A stretch of 64,000 nucleotides of DNA from Candidatus Latescibacterota bacterium (GTDB taxonomy: Bacteria; Latescibacterota; UBA2968; UBA8231), in contig CBDCDC010000002.1 of NCBI GenBank assembly GCA_965215195.1, positions 1,216,001 to 1,280,000 on the forward strand, read 5' to 3'. The position numbers were made by a program, and so were the translations under genes. Under the pieces are notes generated by a model. The model was given only the letters and a program-made list of their open reading frames with translations, had not been told where the DNA came from and did not search any database. Below are positions 1 to 9,369 of the stretch, in pieces (within the stretch, counting starts at the first letter, position 1; the number at the start of each line of letters is the position of its first letter).

Positions 1-72
<72 letters not shown>

Positions 73-81
73 TCTTTGCCG

Positions 82-114
82 AGGGGTTGCGGACGCTGTT
101 TCCGCAACCCCTTT
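82..114 (+). terminator. Probable intrinsic terminator after tRNA
   Basis: Stem AGGGGTTGCGGA / TCCGCAACCCCT followed by a short T run. Confidence 0.6.
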
Positions 115-152
115 GGCTGCGATTCGCGCCTTCCCATCGCCTAGTCCCATCC

Positions 153-181
153 TTGACATTTCGCGGTTCAGAGCATAAAAT
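153..181 (+). promoter_or_regulatory. sigma70-type promoter
   Basis: TTGACA-17bp-TAAAAT, 44 bp upstream of ATG 226. Confidence 0.7.
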
Positions 182-225
182 AGCCTCTCGTTTCAGCCGC
201 CTTAGCACCTCCCATTCCTATCGCC

Positions 226-1110
226 ATGGCCGACTCCATAGCCAAACTGGAAAAAGCATTCCGACGCGATCCGGATTCCCCGCGCTTTGCGCGCCTCGCC
301 GATCTCTATCTCAAGCGCGGGCGCATTGAGCGCGCCCTCGAGCTGTGCCAACAGGGCTGTGCGAGTTTTCCCGATTACGCCACCGGCTTTATCGTCCTCA
401 GCAAGTGCCATGAAAAACAAGGGGCCTTAGAAGAAGCGCACGAGGCCATGGGGCAAGCCCTGCGGCTCGATCCGGAAAACCCCGGCGGGTACAAGCACCT
501 CGCTCACCTCGCTGCGCAGCTCGGGGTCGCGCCGCTGGCCTTGCAAAGCCTGCGCCAAGCCGCGTACCTCGACCCTTTCGACGCCTCCCTAGCAGAGCAG
601 ATCGACCACTTCAGCAGCCAAATCCACCAAGCCGCGCCCGAACCCGAAGAGTTCGCCGCCAGCGCGGCCCCACAGGCCCCCGATGCCGAAGCCGCTCAGC
701 CCCAAGTGCTGCCATCGCCCCGGCCGCCAGAAGAGAGCGACGACCTAGGCCGACGTGATGCGGATCCTCTTCTGCCAGTGGAACGGTCGCCCCGGCCGCC
801 AGAAGAGAGCGACGACCTAGGCAGCGACGCGAGCAACAGCGAATTGCTCCGCCTCTTGCAGGAGATCGAAGAGGAGAAACCGGCCGAACCGGCACCCGCA
901 CCTGAAGAGCCACCCACCCCGGCCGCCAGCGAGCCGAATGCACCGAAAAGCAAGCGCATCGCCACCATGACGCTGGCCGAGATCTACACCACTCAGGGCT
1001 TGACCCAGAAGGCGATCGAAACGTATCGCGAGCTCCTCGAACAGGAGCCAACCAACACCATCATCCGCAGCAAGTTATCTTCGCTAGAACAAAGCAGCAG
1101 CGCACACTAA
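226..1110 (+). CDS. Tetratricopeptide-repeat protein with Pro/Glu-rich linker
   Basis: N-terminal TPR helices (FARLADLYLKRG..ALELCQQG; ALRLDPEN) and C-terminal TMTLAEIYTTQGLTQKAIETYRELLEQEP. Confidence 0.8.
   Translation: MADSIAKLEKAFRRDPDSPRFARLADLYLKRGRIERALELCQQGCASFPDYATGFIVLSKCHEKQGALEEAHEAMGQALRLDPENPGGYKHLAHLAAQLGVAPLALQSLRQAAYLDPFDASLAEQIDHFSSQIHQAAPEPEEFAASAAPQAPDAEAAQPQVLPSPRPPEESDDLGRRDADPLLPVERSPRPPEESDDLGSDASNSELLRLLQEIEEEKPAEPAPAPEEPPTPAASEPNAPKSKRIATMTLAEIYTTQGLTQKAIETYRELLEQEPTNTIIRSKLSSLEQSSSAH
715..822 (+). repeat. 36-bp perfect direct repeat (SPRPPEESDDLG x2) in TPR linker
   Basis: 715-750 identical to 787-822. Confidence 0.85.
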
Positions 1111-1120
1111 CAGGAGCGAT

Positions 1121-1678
1121 ATGGCAGACACCACGGATTTTAGAAACGGTTTTACCATGTCCCTCGACGGCGAGCTCTTCTCCATCGTCGAGTTTCAGCA
1201 CGTCAAACCGGGCAAGGGCAGCGCCTTCGTGCGCACCAAGCTCAAAAACACCAAGACAGGTGCCGTGCTCGACCGCACTTTCCGCTCGGGCGACAAAGTC
1301 GAGGCCGTCCGGCTCGAAAAGCGCCAGATGCAATACCTGTATTCCGACCAAGGGCTGTACTACTTCATGGACTTGGACACCTACGATCAGCTCCCGGTGT
1401 CCGCACAGACCGTTGGCGCGGCAAGCAACCTCCTCAAAGAAAGCGAGAACGCCTTCCTCCTCATAGCAGGCGAGGAGGTCATCGCCGTTGATCTCCCCAA
1501 TTTCGTCTCCCTTGCCGTCGCCCACACCGAACCGGGCATCAAGGGCGACACCGCCACCGGCGCGGTCAAGCCAGCTACCCTAGAGACCGGCTATGTGGTG
1601 CAAGTGCCGCTCTTTGTCAATAAGGGCGATCGGCTCAAGGTCGATACCCGCACGGGCGAATACGTAGAGCGCGTTTGA
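1121..1678 (+). CDS. efp: Elongation factor P
   Basis: HVKPGKGSAFVRTKLKN and KGDTATG..KPATLETG..VPLFV motifs; AGGAG RBS. Confidence 0.97.
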   Translation: MADTTDFRNGFTMSLDGELFSIVEFQHVKPGKGSAFVRTKLKNTKTGAVLDRTFRSGDKVEAVRLEKRQMQYLYSDQGLYYFMDLDTYDQLPVSAQTVGAASNLLKESENAFLLIAGEEVIAVDLPNFVSLAVAHTEPGIKGDTATGAVKPATLETGYVVQVPLFVNKGDRLKVDTRTGEYVERV

Positions 1679-1696
1679 GAAAGGACGACCCCTCCT

Positions 1697-2158
1697 GTGA
1701 ACGAAGGCAAGCTCCGCAAACTGCTAGAGCTTTTCCACGATAGCGACATAGAAGAGTTAGAGATCCACAATAGCTTCTGGCACGGTACGCGCATTCGCCT
1801 GACCCGCAGCCGTGCGCCTTCACCCGTGGCGCCCGCCGCGCCCATGCCCATCGCGCCCGCGCCCGCCGCGCCCGCCGCACCCACTGAGCCAGCGCCTACC
1901 GAAAAGACCGACGACGGCCTGCACGAGGTCCTCTCGCCCATGGTCGGCACGTTCTACCGGGGCCCCTCGCCCGAGGCCGATCCCTTTGTGCGCGAGGGGC
2001 AGCGCGTCGAAAGCGGCCAGACCCTCTGCATCATTGAAGCCATGAAGATCATGAACGAGATTCCAGCGGATATCCAAGGCGAAGTAGTCGAGATCCTCGT
2101 CGGCGACGCCCAGCCTGTTGAGTACAATCAAACCCTGTTCAAAATTCGCCCCAGCTAA
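1697..2158 (+). CDS. accB: Acetyl-CoA carboxylase biotin carboxyl carrier protein
   Basis: SPMVGTFY and EAMKIMNEI biotinylation motif; Pro/Ala linker. Confidence 0.96.
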   Translation: MNEGKLRKLLELFHDSDIEELEIHNSFWHGTRIRLTRSRAPSPVAPAAPMPIAPAPAAPAAPTEPAPTEKTDDGLHEVLSPMVGTFYRGPSPEADPFVREGQRVESGQTLCIIEAMKIMNEIPADIQGEVVEILVGDAQPVEYNQTLFKIRPS

Positions 2159-2165
2159 GATAGCT

Positions 2166-3512
2166 GTGTTCGAGAAGGTCCTCATCGCCGACCGCGGCGA
2201 AATCGCGTTGCGCATCATCCGCGCCTGCCAAGAGATGGGCATCGCGACCGTGGCCGTCCACTCCCAAGCCGACACCCGCTCCCTGCACGTGTCTTTTGCC
2301 GACGAGGACGTCTGCATCGGACCGGCCGCCGGCAAGGACAGCTACCGCAACGTCGTCAATATCATCAGCGCCGCCGAACTGACCAACGCCGACGCGATCC
2401 ACCCCGGCTACGGCCCCTTGGCCGAAAACGCCGATTTCTCCGAAATCTGCGCTGATTGCGGCATCCAGTTCATCGGCCCGCCAACTGGGGCCATCCGCAA
2501 AATGGGCGACAAGGCCGTCGCCCGGCACACCATGCAGGAGGCCGGCGTACCCGTAGTGCCCGGCAGCGAGGGCGCGCTCCAGTCGCTAGACGAGGCCCGT
2601 CAATGGGCAAAAAAAATCGGCTTCCCCCTGCGCCTCAAGGCCTCCGCGGGCGGCGGCGGGCGCGGTATGCGGGTCGTCCGCGCCATGGATGAACTAGAGG
2701 AAGCCTATCAGATGGCGCGCCGCGAAGCGCGCACCGCCTTTACCAGCGACGCCGTGTACATGGAGCGCTCCATCGAAGCGGCGCGCCACATCGAAATCCA
2801 AGTCCTCGGCGACCAGCACGGGCACCTCGTCCACCTTGGCGAGCGCGAGTGCTCCATCCAGCGTCGGCACCAGAAGCTCTTGGAAGAAAGCCCCTCGCCA
2901 GTAGTTGACGCCGACCTGCGCCAGCGGCTCGGGGAGTCCGCCCTCGCCGGAGCAGCGGCCGTCGGCTACTACAGCACCGGCACCATCGAATTCCTCGTCG
3001 ATTCAGACTACAACTTCTACTTCATGGAGATGAACACCCGCATCCAAGTCGAACACCCGGTCACCGAGATGGTCACCGGCATCGACTTAGTCGAGGAACA
3101 GCTCCGCATTGCGGCCGGCGAATCCCTGCGTTTTGGCCCAGAGGACATCCAGCTCAAAGGGCACGCCATTGAATGCCGGATCAACGCCGAGGACCCCGCG
3201 CGCAACTTCATCCCCTCTTCGGGCATTATCGCGGCCCTCCACCTGCCGGGCGGCCCCGGCGTCCGCATCGACAGCCACATCTACCAAGGCTACGAGATTC
3301 CTCCGTACTACGACTCCCTGCTGGCCAAAGTCATCGCCTACGGCCCCAACCGCCAAGGTGCCATGGCGCGGATGCGTCGCGTCTTAGGCGAATGCACCAT
3401 AGAAGGCGTGGCCACCACCCTGCCCTTTCACCAAACCCTGCTCAACGAACCCGACTTTATCGCCGGGCAGTTCGACACCAGCTACGTGGCCAACGCGGAG
3501 CGGTCGTCTTAA
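2166..3512 (+). CDS. accC: Acetyl-CoA carboxylase biotin carboxylase subunit
   Basis: GTG start chosen; [45 protein letters not shown]. Confidence 0.96.
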   Translation: MFEKVLIADRGEIALRIIRACQEMGIATVAVHSQADTRSLHVSFADEDVCIGPAAGKDSYRNVVNIISAAELTNADAIHPGYGPLAENADFSEICADCGIQFIGPPTGAIRKMGDKAVARHTMQEAGVPVVPGSEGALQSLDEARQWAKKIGFPLRLKASAGGGGRGMRVVRAMDELEEAYQMARREARTAFTSDAVYMERSIEAARHIEIQVLGDQHGHLVHLGERECSIQRRHQKLLEESPSPVVDADLRQRLGESALAGAAAVGYYSTGTIEFLVDSDYNFYFMEMNTRIQVEHPVTEMVTGIDLVEEQLRIAAGESLRFGPEDIQLKGHAIECRINAEDPARNFIPSSGIIAALHLPGGPGVRIDSHIYQGYEIPPYYDSLLAKVIAYGPNRQGAMARMRRVLGECTIEGVATTLPFHQTLLNEPDFIAGQFDTSYVANAERSS

Positions 3513-3531
3513 GCAAGCACGAGAGGCGATT

Positions 3532-3918
3532 ATGAGCCAGATCCCCGCGCACTTGCTCTATTCGGAAAGCCACGAATGGCTTCAGCTAGAAAGCGACATC
3601 GCCACCATCGGCATTACAGATTTCGCGCAAACCGAATTGGGAGATATAGTATTCGCCGAGTTGCCCGAGGTCGGCGAACACCTCGAAAAGGGCCAAACCT
3701 TTGGCACACTCGAGGCAGTTAAGACCGTCGCCGACCTCATCGCCCCGGCTTCCGGCGAGGTGCTAGAAGCCAACGACAGCCTCGCGGAAGGGGCCGAACA
3801 GCTCAACGAAGACCCCTACGGCGGCGGTTGGCTGCTCAAGATCCGCATCGACGACGCTGCGGACTTGGAGTACTTGCTTAGCGCCCAAGACTACGCCGAC
3901 CTGCTCGGAGACCGCTGA
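3532..3918 (+). CDS. gcvH: Glycine cleavage system H protein
   Basis: HEW, GITDFAQTELGDIVF, EAVKTVAD lipoyl-Lys motif, DPYGGGWL. Confidence 0.96.
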   Translation: MSQIPAHLLYSESHEWLQLESDIATIGITDFAQTELGDIVFAELPEVGEHLEKGQTFGTLEAVKTVADLIAPASGEVLEANDSLAEGAEQLNEDPYGGGWLLKIRIDDAADLEYLLSAQDYADLLGDR

Positions 3919-3953
3919 CCTTGCGCTTGTTCGCTGTAAGTACGCTTTTTATA

Positions 3954-4010
3954 AAATTGGGAATTGAGCGCGACGAGCACACCTTGTTCGCAGTTCCCAA
4001 TTCCCAATTT
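3954..4010. other. Intergenic inverted repeat/hairpin
   Basis: AATTGGGAATTG ... CAGTTCCCAATT(CCCAATTT) between gcvH and the HNH gene. Confidence 0.45.
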
Positions 4011-4060
4011 CTAAGGTTGGAATATGCCAAAAGTAGCTTAAATTTAATTGGCTCTACACC

Positions 4061-4576
4061 GTGGATAGACCCTTGCTAAAAAGAACCGTACTCGTTCTCA
4101 ACCAAAACTACGAGCCCCTGAGCGTATGCAGTGTGCGCCGGGCCTTGTTGCTGATTTTGCGCGGCAAGGCCGAAGCCGTCGAAAAGATGAGCGAGGTAAT
4201 CCATTCGGTCTCCCAAGCTTATCCGGTGCCCAGCGTCGTCCGCCTCGGGCGCTACATCCGCGCGCCGCGCCGGCGGGTCGTGCTTTCCAAGCGCAATATC
4301 CTCAAGCGCGACAACCACCAGTGCCAGTACTGCGGCAGCAAAGACGGCAAGCTGACGGTCGATCACATCGTGCCGCGCACCAAAGGGGGCCAAGGGACTT
4401 GGGAAAACCTCGTCTGCGCCTGCACCCTGTGCAACAACAAGAAGGGCGAACACCGGCCCGAGCAGGTCGGCCTCGCGCTGCGCAGCAAACCCAAGCGTCC
4501 CAACAACGTCAGCTTCATCCGCAACTTCGTCGGCATCGACGATCAGTGCTGGAAACCGTATCTTTTTATGGACTGA
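4061..4576 (+). CDS. HNH endonuclease (McrA-like family)
   Basis: VLVLNQNYEPL, RDNHQCQYCG, TVDHIVPR..GG..TWENLVCAC..CNNKKG. Confidence 0.92.
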   Translation: MDRPLLKRTVLVLNQNYEPLSVCSVRRALLLILRGKAEAVEKMSEVIHSVSQAYPVPSVVRLGRYIRAPRRRVVLSKRNILKRDNHQCQYCGSKDGKLTVDHIVPRTKGGQGTWENLVCACTLCNNKKGEHRPEQVGLALRSKPKRPNNVSFIRNFVGIDDQCWKPYLFMD

Positions 4577-4589
4577 AGCAGGCGCTCTC

Positions 4590-5351
4590 ATGCAACGCGA
4601 CGCCATGGAACCAGAAGAGGCTGCTCTCTACGAAGTCAAGCTCGACGTCTTTGAAGGTCCGATGGACCTGTTGCTCTATCTAATACGCAAAGACGAGTTG
4701 GACATCTACGACATTCCCATCGCCCACATCACCACCCAGTACTTGGGCTTCTTGCAACACATCCACCAACTCGACATCGAACAGGCCAGCGACTTCATCC
4801 TCATGGCGGCCACTCTGCTGCGGATCAAGTCGCAGATGATGCTGCCCCGCGAGGAACTCGATCTCGACGGCGACGCCGAGGAAGACCCAAAGGCCGAGTT
4901 GGTCCGTCGCCTGCTGGAATACCAGCAATTTAAGGACATTGCCGACTGGCTGGGCGTGCGCAAAAACGAGCGGCGCGACGTGTACCTGCGCCGTCAAGGG
5001 CCTAACGACAGCGTCGAGGAGTCGGCCCAGCTGCGGCCCGTATCGCTCTTCGACCTACTAGTCGTGTACAAGCACGTGCTCGACACTGTGCCCGAAAACC
5101 TAGTACACCAAATCGTCGAAGAAGAAGTCTCGGTCGCCGAGTGCATCGACTATCTGTTGGCGGTGCTCGCGCGGTGCTCGCGCATCAGCTTCATGGACCT
5201 GCTCCAAGGCCGCGACCGCCAAGCCTTAATCGCCACCTTCGTCGGGGTCCTAGAACTGCTCAAATCGCAGCGCGTCCGCGTACAGCAGGCGCGGCCCTTC
5301 GACGAGATCTGGATCGAACAATCACCACGCCAACCGACCGCAGTGCCGTGA
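4590..5351 (+). CDS. scpA: Segregation and condensation protein A
   Basis: FEGPMDLLLYLI, ASDFILMAATLLRIKSQMMLP, TFVGVLEL. Confidence 0.95.
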   Translation: MQRDAMEPEEAALYEVKLDVFEGPMDLLLYLIRKDELDIYDIPIAHITTQYLGFLQHIHQLDIEQASDFILMAATLLRIKSQMMLPREELDLDGDAEEDPKAELVRRLLEYQQFKDIADWLGVRKNERRDVYLRRQGPNDSVEESAQLRPVSLFDLLVVYKHVLDTVPENLVHQIVEEEVSVAECIDYLLAVLARCSRISFMDLLQGRDRQALIATFVGVLELLKSQRVRVQQARPFDEIWIEQSPRQPTAVP

Positions 5352-6004
5352 TCCGCGAACCCACAGCGGGCTCGCGCGACGTCAATCCTGCGCGGGCGCG
5401 GGCGATCATTGAGGCCATCCTGCTGACGGCGACCGAGCCGGTGACCCCCGGCCGCCTCGTCCATCTGCTCGCCGGGTACAACGGCCGCGACATCCGCGAG
5501 GCCATTGACGCGCTCAACGCCCAGTACGAAGCGGCCGGGCACGGAATCAAAGTCGTCGAACTAGCGGGCGGCTATCAGCTCGCTTCGCGCCAAGAATGCG
5601 GCCCTTGGCTGCGCAAGTATCACAAGACCGCGCGCCAAGTGCGCCTCTCGCCAGCCGGCCTCGAAGTCCTCGCCATCGTCGCCTTCAAGCAGCCAGTAAC
5701 CCGCGTCGAGATCGACAACATCCGCGGCGTTAGCTCGGCCAGCGTATTGCAAACCCTGATGGAGCTCAACATGGTCCGCCTCGCCGGCCGCTCCGACGGC
5801 ATTGGCAAGCCCATGCTCTTTGGCACGACCCGAGAGTTTTTGGTCCACTTTGGCCTGCGGGGGCTGGGCGAGTTGCCCAAACCCAAGGAATTAGAAGAAC
5901 TACTCGCCGAAGGCCAGCAGCCGACCGCAGCCCGCCAGCTTGCCTCCGAGCTGGACGAGTTGCAAAAGCAGGCCGGGGAAGGGGGGGAAGGTGAACGCTC
6001 CTGA
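5348..6004 (+). CDS. scpB: Segregation and condensation protein B
   Basis: GTG overlapping scpA stop; IEAILL, LSPAGLEVLAIVAFKQPVTRVEIDNIRGV, LFGTTREFLVHFGL. Confidence 0.94.
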   Translation: MIREPTAGSRDVNPARARAIIEAILLTATEPVTPGRLVHLLAGYNGRDIREAIDALNAQYEAAGHGIKVVELAGGYQLASRQECGPWLRKYHKTARQVRLSPAGLEVLAIVAFKQPVTRVEIDNIRGVSSASVLQTLMELNMVRLAGRSDGIGKPMLFGTTREFLVHFGLRGLGELPKPKELEELLAEGQQPTAARQLASELDELQKQAGEGGEGERS

Positions 6005-6740
6005 GCCGCAAATGCGCCTCAACCGCTTCTTGGCTCGCTGCGGCGTGGCCTCGCGCCGCCACAGCGATGCGCTGATCCAAAGCGGCGCGGTGCGCGTCAA
6101 CGGCGCGGTCGTCGCCGAGCCGGGGCGAGTGGTCGCAGTGCGTGCCGACCGGGTCGAATGCCGCGGCCGCGTCGTCGCCCTGCCCGGCCAGTACGAATAC
6201 GTGCTTTTGCACAAACCGGCCGGGTATCTAGTCACCCGCAGCGACCCGCATGACCGGCCCACGGTCTTCGACCTCTTGCCCGGCCTCCACCCGGGCACTG
6301 TGCCCGTGGGCCGTCTCGACCTCGACACTAGCGGGCTTTTGCTGCTGACCGACGATGGTGCCCTCGGCCATCGGCTGCTGCACCCGCGCTTTGTCGTCGC
6401 CAAGCGCTACGAGGCCGTCGTCAGCGGCGACCCGCACGAGGACCAACTCGACCGGCTGCGCGAGGGCATCGCGCTCGGCGACGGACCCACAGCACCGGCT
6501 CAGGTCCAGGTCGAGGAGCGCTGGAGCAGCGATTGGGATAAGCAGACGCGACTGACCCTTTGCATTCACGAGGGGCGCAAGCGCCAAGTCCGCCGCATGC
6601 TGCGCGCCATTGGCTACCCGGTGCGGCAATTGACGCGGGTCGAATTTGCCGGGCTGACCCTCGGTCCGCTCACCGCTGGCCAGCACCGCCGCCTCAGCCC
6701 CGGGGAGGTCCGCGGCCTCAAAGCCGAGGTGGGCTTGTGA
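5991..6740 (+). CDS. rluB: 23S rRNA pseudouridine synthase (RluB/RsuA family)
   Basis: S4 domain RLNRFLARCGVASRR; catalytic VGRLDLDTSGLLLLTDDG; EGRKRQVRRM. Confidence 0.88.
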   Translation: MNAPEPQMRLNRFLARCGVASRRHSDALIQSGAVRVNGAVVAEPGRVVAVRADRVECRGRVVALPGQYEYVLLHKPAGYLVTRSDPHDRPTVFDLLPGLHPGTVPVGRLDLDTSGLLLLTDDGALGHRLLHPRFVVAKRYEAVVSGDPHEDQLDRLREGIALGDGPTAPAQVQVEERWSSDWDKQTRLTLCIHEGRKRQVRRMLRAIGYPVRQLTRVEFAGLTLGPLTAGQHRRLSPGEVRGLKAEVGL

Positions 6741-7408
6741 AGCGGCGCGGCCTAGTCATCGCCATCGACGGCACCGTCGGGGCCGGCAAGACGACCACGG
6801 CGCGGCGGGTGGCCCAGCGGCTGGGCTATCGCCACCTCGACACCGGGGCCATGTACCGGGCCGCGACCTTAGCGGCGATCCGGCGCGGGGTGGCACCCGA
6901 GGACGAAGACGCGCTAAAGGCCCTATTGGCGACCTCGACCATAGATTTGGACTCTGGCCGGGGGCGCGTCCTGCTCAACGGACAGGACATAAGCGACGCG
7001 ATTCGCCGACCCGAGATCACCCGCCGGGCGGGCGCGTACGCAGATGTGCCGTTGGTGCGCCGCTCCCTAGTCGCCCAGCAGCAGCGCTTGGGTCAGGGGG
7101 GCGGCATAGTTGCCGAAGGGCGCGACATGGCCGCGGTGGTCTTTCCCAACGCCGAGCTAAAAATCGCCTTGGTGGCCGACCTCGATGAGCGCGCCGGCCG
7201 CCGGCATCGGGAATTGACTGCCAAAGGAATGTGCATCACATTGGAGCAAGTCCGCTCCGACATTCAAACTCGAGATCGGGAAGACGCCGCGCGCGACTAC
7301 GGAGGCGCGTACGCGGCGGCCGAGATCGTCGAGATCGACACGACCCGCATGACTTTGCAAGACCAAGTCGACTGCGTCGTCGCATTGGCCCGCCAACGCG
7401 GCGCCTAA
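6737..7408 (+). CDS. cmk: Cytidylate kinase
   Basis: IAIDGTVGAGKTT, LDTGAMYRA, EGRDM; immediately upstream of rpsA. Confidence 0.93.
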   Translation: MKRRGLVIAIDGTVGAGKTTTARRVAQRLGYRHLDTGAMYRAATLAAIRRGVAPEDEDALKALLATSTIDLDSGRGRVLLNGQDISDAIRRPEITRRAGAYADVPLVRRSLVAQQQRLGQGGGIVAEGRDMAAVVFPNAELKIALVADLDERAGRRHRELTAKGMCITLEQVRSDIQTRDREDAARDYGGAYAAAEIVEIDTTRMTLQDQVDCVVALARQRGA

Positions 7409-7489
7409 CGCTGGCGCGGAGAGGCCGCGCCCGTATCACACCAAGCGAAGTGCGCGCTTCGCCTTAACCTTTTTGAGGATTTGCGCAAC

Positions 7490-9277
7490 ATGACCGAGGA
7501 AATCACGGCAACACAAGAGCAGCAGGCAGCTCCGGTGTACGGCAACGTCAGCGTCGAAGAGCTGGAAAAACCCGAGTACACTCCGGCCGAATTCGACGAA
7601 CTCTTAGCCCTCTACGAGGAGAGCATCTCCGGCATCAAAGAGGGCCAGATCGTCAAGGGCACGGTCGTCTCAATCGGCCCCAGCGAAGTGATGGTCGATA
7701 TCGGCTTCAAGTCCGAAGGCGCGGTGCCGATCAAGGAATTTTCCGACCCGCAGTCCATTGAGCAAGGCCGAGAAATTGAGGTCTTCTTGGAGAACGTCGA
7801 AGACCAAGAGGGCCAAGTCGTGCTCTCCAAGCAGAAGGCCGACTTCATGCGGGTGTGGGATTCGATCAAGGAGGCCCACGACACCGGCAACACCGTTGAG
7901 GGCCGGCTGATGCGGCGCATCAAGGGCGGCATCGTCGTCAATCTCTTTGGCGTTGATGCCTTTCTGCCCGGCTCGCAGATCGACATCCGCCAAGTCAAGA
8001 ACTTCGACCAGTTCATCGGCCACCAGTTTCCCTTCAAGATCATCAAGCTCAACAAGGCGCGGCGCAACATCGTCGTCTCGCGCCGCGCCGTGCTAGAGGA
8101 AGAGCGTGCGCGGATGCGCGAGGAGATCGTCAAGGTGTTGGAGGAAGGCCAGACCCGCGAGGGCGTCGTCAAGAACATCACCGACTTCGGGGCCTTCATC
8201 GACTTGGGCGGCGTCGATGGCCTTCTCCACATCACCGACATGTCGTGGGGGCGCGTCAACCACCCCTCGGAGTTGGTCTCCATCGGCGACCGCATCAAGG
8301 TCAAGGTGCTCAGCTACGACCGCAAGCGCGAGCGCATCTCCTTGGGGCTGAAGCAGCTAACCCCCCATCCGTGGGAGAACGTCGAGAAGAAGTACCCGAT
8401 TGAGAGCCAAGTTCGCGGCAAGGTGGTCTCCATCACCGACTACGGGGCCTTCGTCGAGTTGGAGGAGGGCATTGAGGGCCTAGTCCACATCTCCGAGATG
8501 TCCTGGACCCAGCACGTGCGCCATCCCTCCAAGCTGGTCGACATCGGCGACATCGTCGAGGTGAAGGTGCTCAAGATCGACAGCGATAACCAGAAGATCT
8601 CGCTCGGTATGAAGCAAACCGAGGACGATCCGTGGGATACCCTCGACGCCAAGTATCCCCCGGGCACCAAAATCGAGGGCACGGTATGCAGCCTGACCAA
8701 CTTCGGGGCCTTCGTCGAGATTGAGGACAACATCGACGGGCTAGTCCACATTTCGGATATGTCTTGGACCAAGCGCATCCGCCAAGCCAGCGAAATGTTC
8801 AAAAAGGGCGACGTGATCCCGGTGGTCGTCTCGGAAATCGACATCAAGCGCCGCCGCATCTCGCTCAGCCACAAGGAGGCTTTTGAAAACCCCTGGCCGC
8901 GCTTTGCCGAGCAGTACGCGGTGGGCGTCGAGGTGCGGGGTGCGATCTCGCGGATCCTCGAGCGCGGCGTCGTCGTCTCGCTCGTCGCCGAAGTCGATGG
9001 GTTCGTGCCGCTGTCGCATTTGGCCATCGACGGGTTGCAAAATCCGCGCCAGAGCTTTGCCGAAGGGCAAAAGCTCCCGCTAGAGGTCATTGAGTTCGAC
9101 AAGAACCAGAAGAAGATCGTGCTCAGCGTACGCGAGTACTTCAAGGACAAGGACCAAGCCGAGTACGAAGCCTACTTAGCCGAGCACCCCGTCCAAGAGA
9201 TCGCCGAGGTCGCGGCCGACAAGGACGACGAAATGGAGAGCTGGGGAGACGCCCACGACGAGCAAGGCGCGTCGTAA
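7490..9277 (+). CDS. rpsA: 30S ribosomal protein S1
   Basis: Six S1 repeats, e.g. DIGFKSEG, AFLPGSQID, FGAFIDLGGVDGLLHITDMSW. Confidence 0.97.
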   Translation: MTEEITATQEQQAAPVYGNVSVEELEKPEYTPAEFDELLALYEESISGIKEGQIVKGTVVSIGPSEVMVDIGFKSEGAVPIKEFSDPQSIEQGREIEVFLENVEDQEGQVVLSKQKADFMRVWDSIKEAHDTGNTVEGRLMRRIKGGIVVNLFGVDAFLPGSQIDIRQVKNFDQFIGHQFPFKIIKLNKARRNIVVSRRAVLEEERARMREEIVKVLEEGQTREGVVKNITDFGAFIDLGGVDGLLHITDMSWGRVNHPSELVSIGDRIKVKVLSYDRKRERISLGLKQLTPHPWENVEKKYPIESQVRGKVVSITDYGAFVELEEGIEGLVHISEMSWTQHVRHPSKLVDIGDIVEVKVLKIDSDNQKISLGMKQTEDDPWDTLDAKYPPGTKIEGTVCSLTNFGAFVEIEDNIDGLVHISDMSWTKRIRQASEMFKKGDVIPVVVSEIDIKRRRISLSHKEAFENPWPRFAEQYAVGVEVRGAISRILERGVVVSLVAEVDGFVPLSHLAIDGLQNPRQSFAEGQKLPLEVIEFDKNQKKIVLSVREYFKDKDQAEYEAYLAEHPVQEIAEVAADKDDEMESWGDAHDEQGAS

Positions 9278-9294
9278 GCCCCGCAGCAACAACC

Positions 9295-9340
9295 AAGCGC
9301 GGTGGGACGAATGCTCGTTCCACCGCGCTTTTTATTTTTT
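9295..9340 (+). terminator. Rho-independent terminator after rpsA
   Basis: AAGCGCGGTGGGACGA / TCGTTCCACCGCGCTT stem followed by TTTATTTTTT. Confidence 0.85.
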
Positions 9341-9369
9341 CAACCCCAACCCGCGAACCCATCCGAATC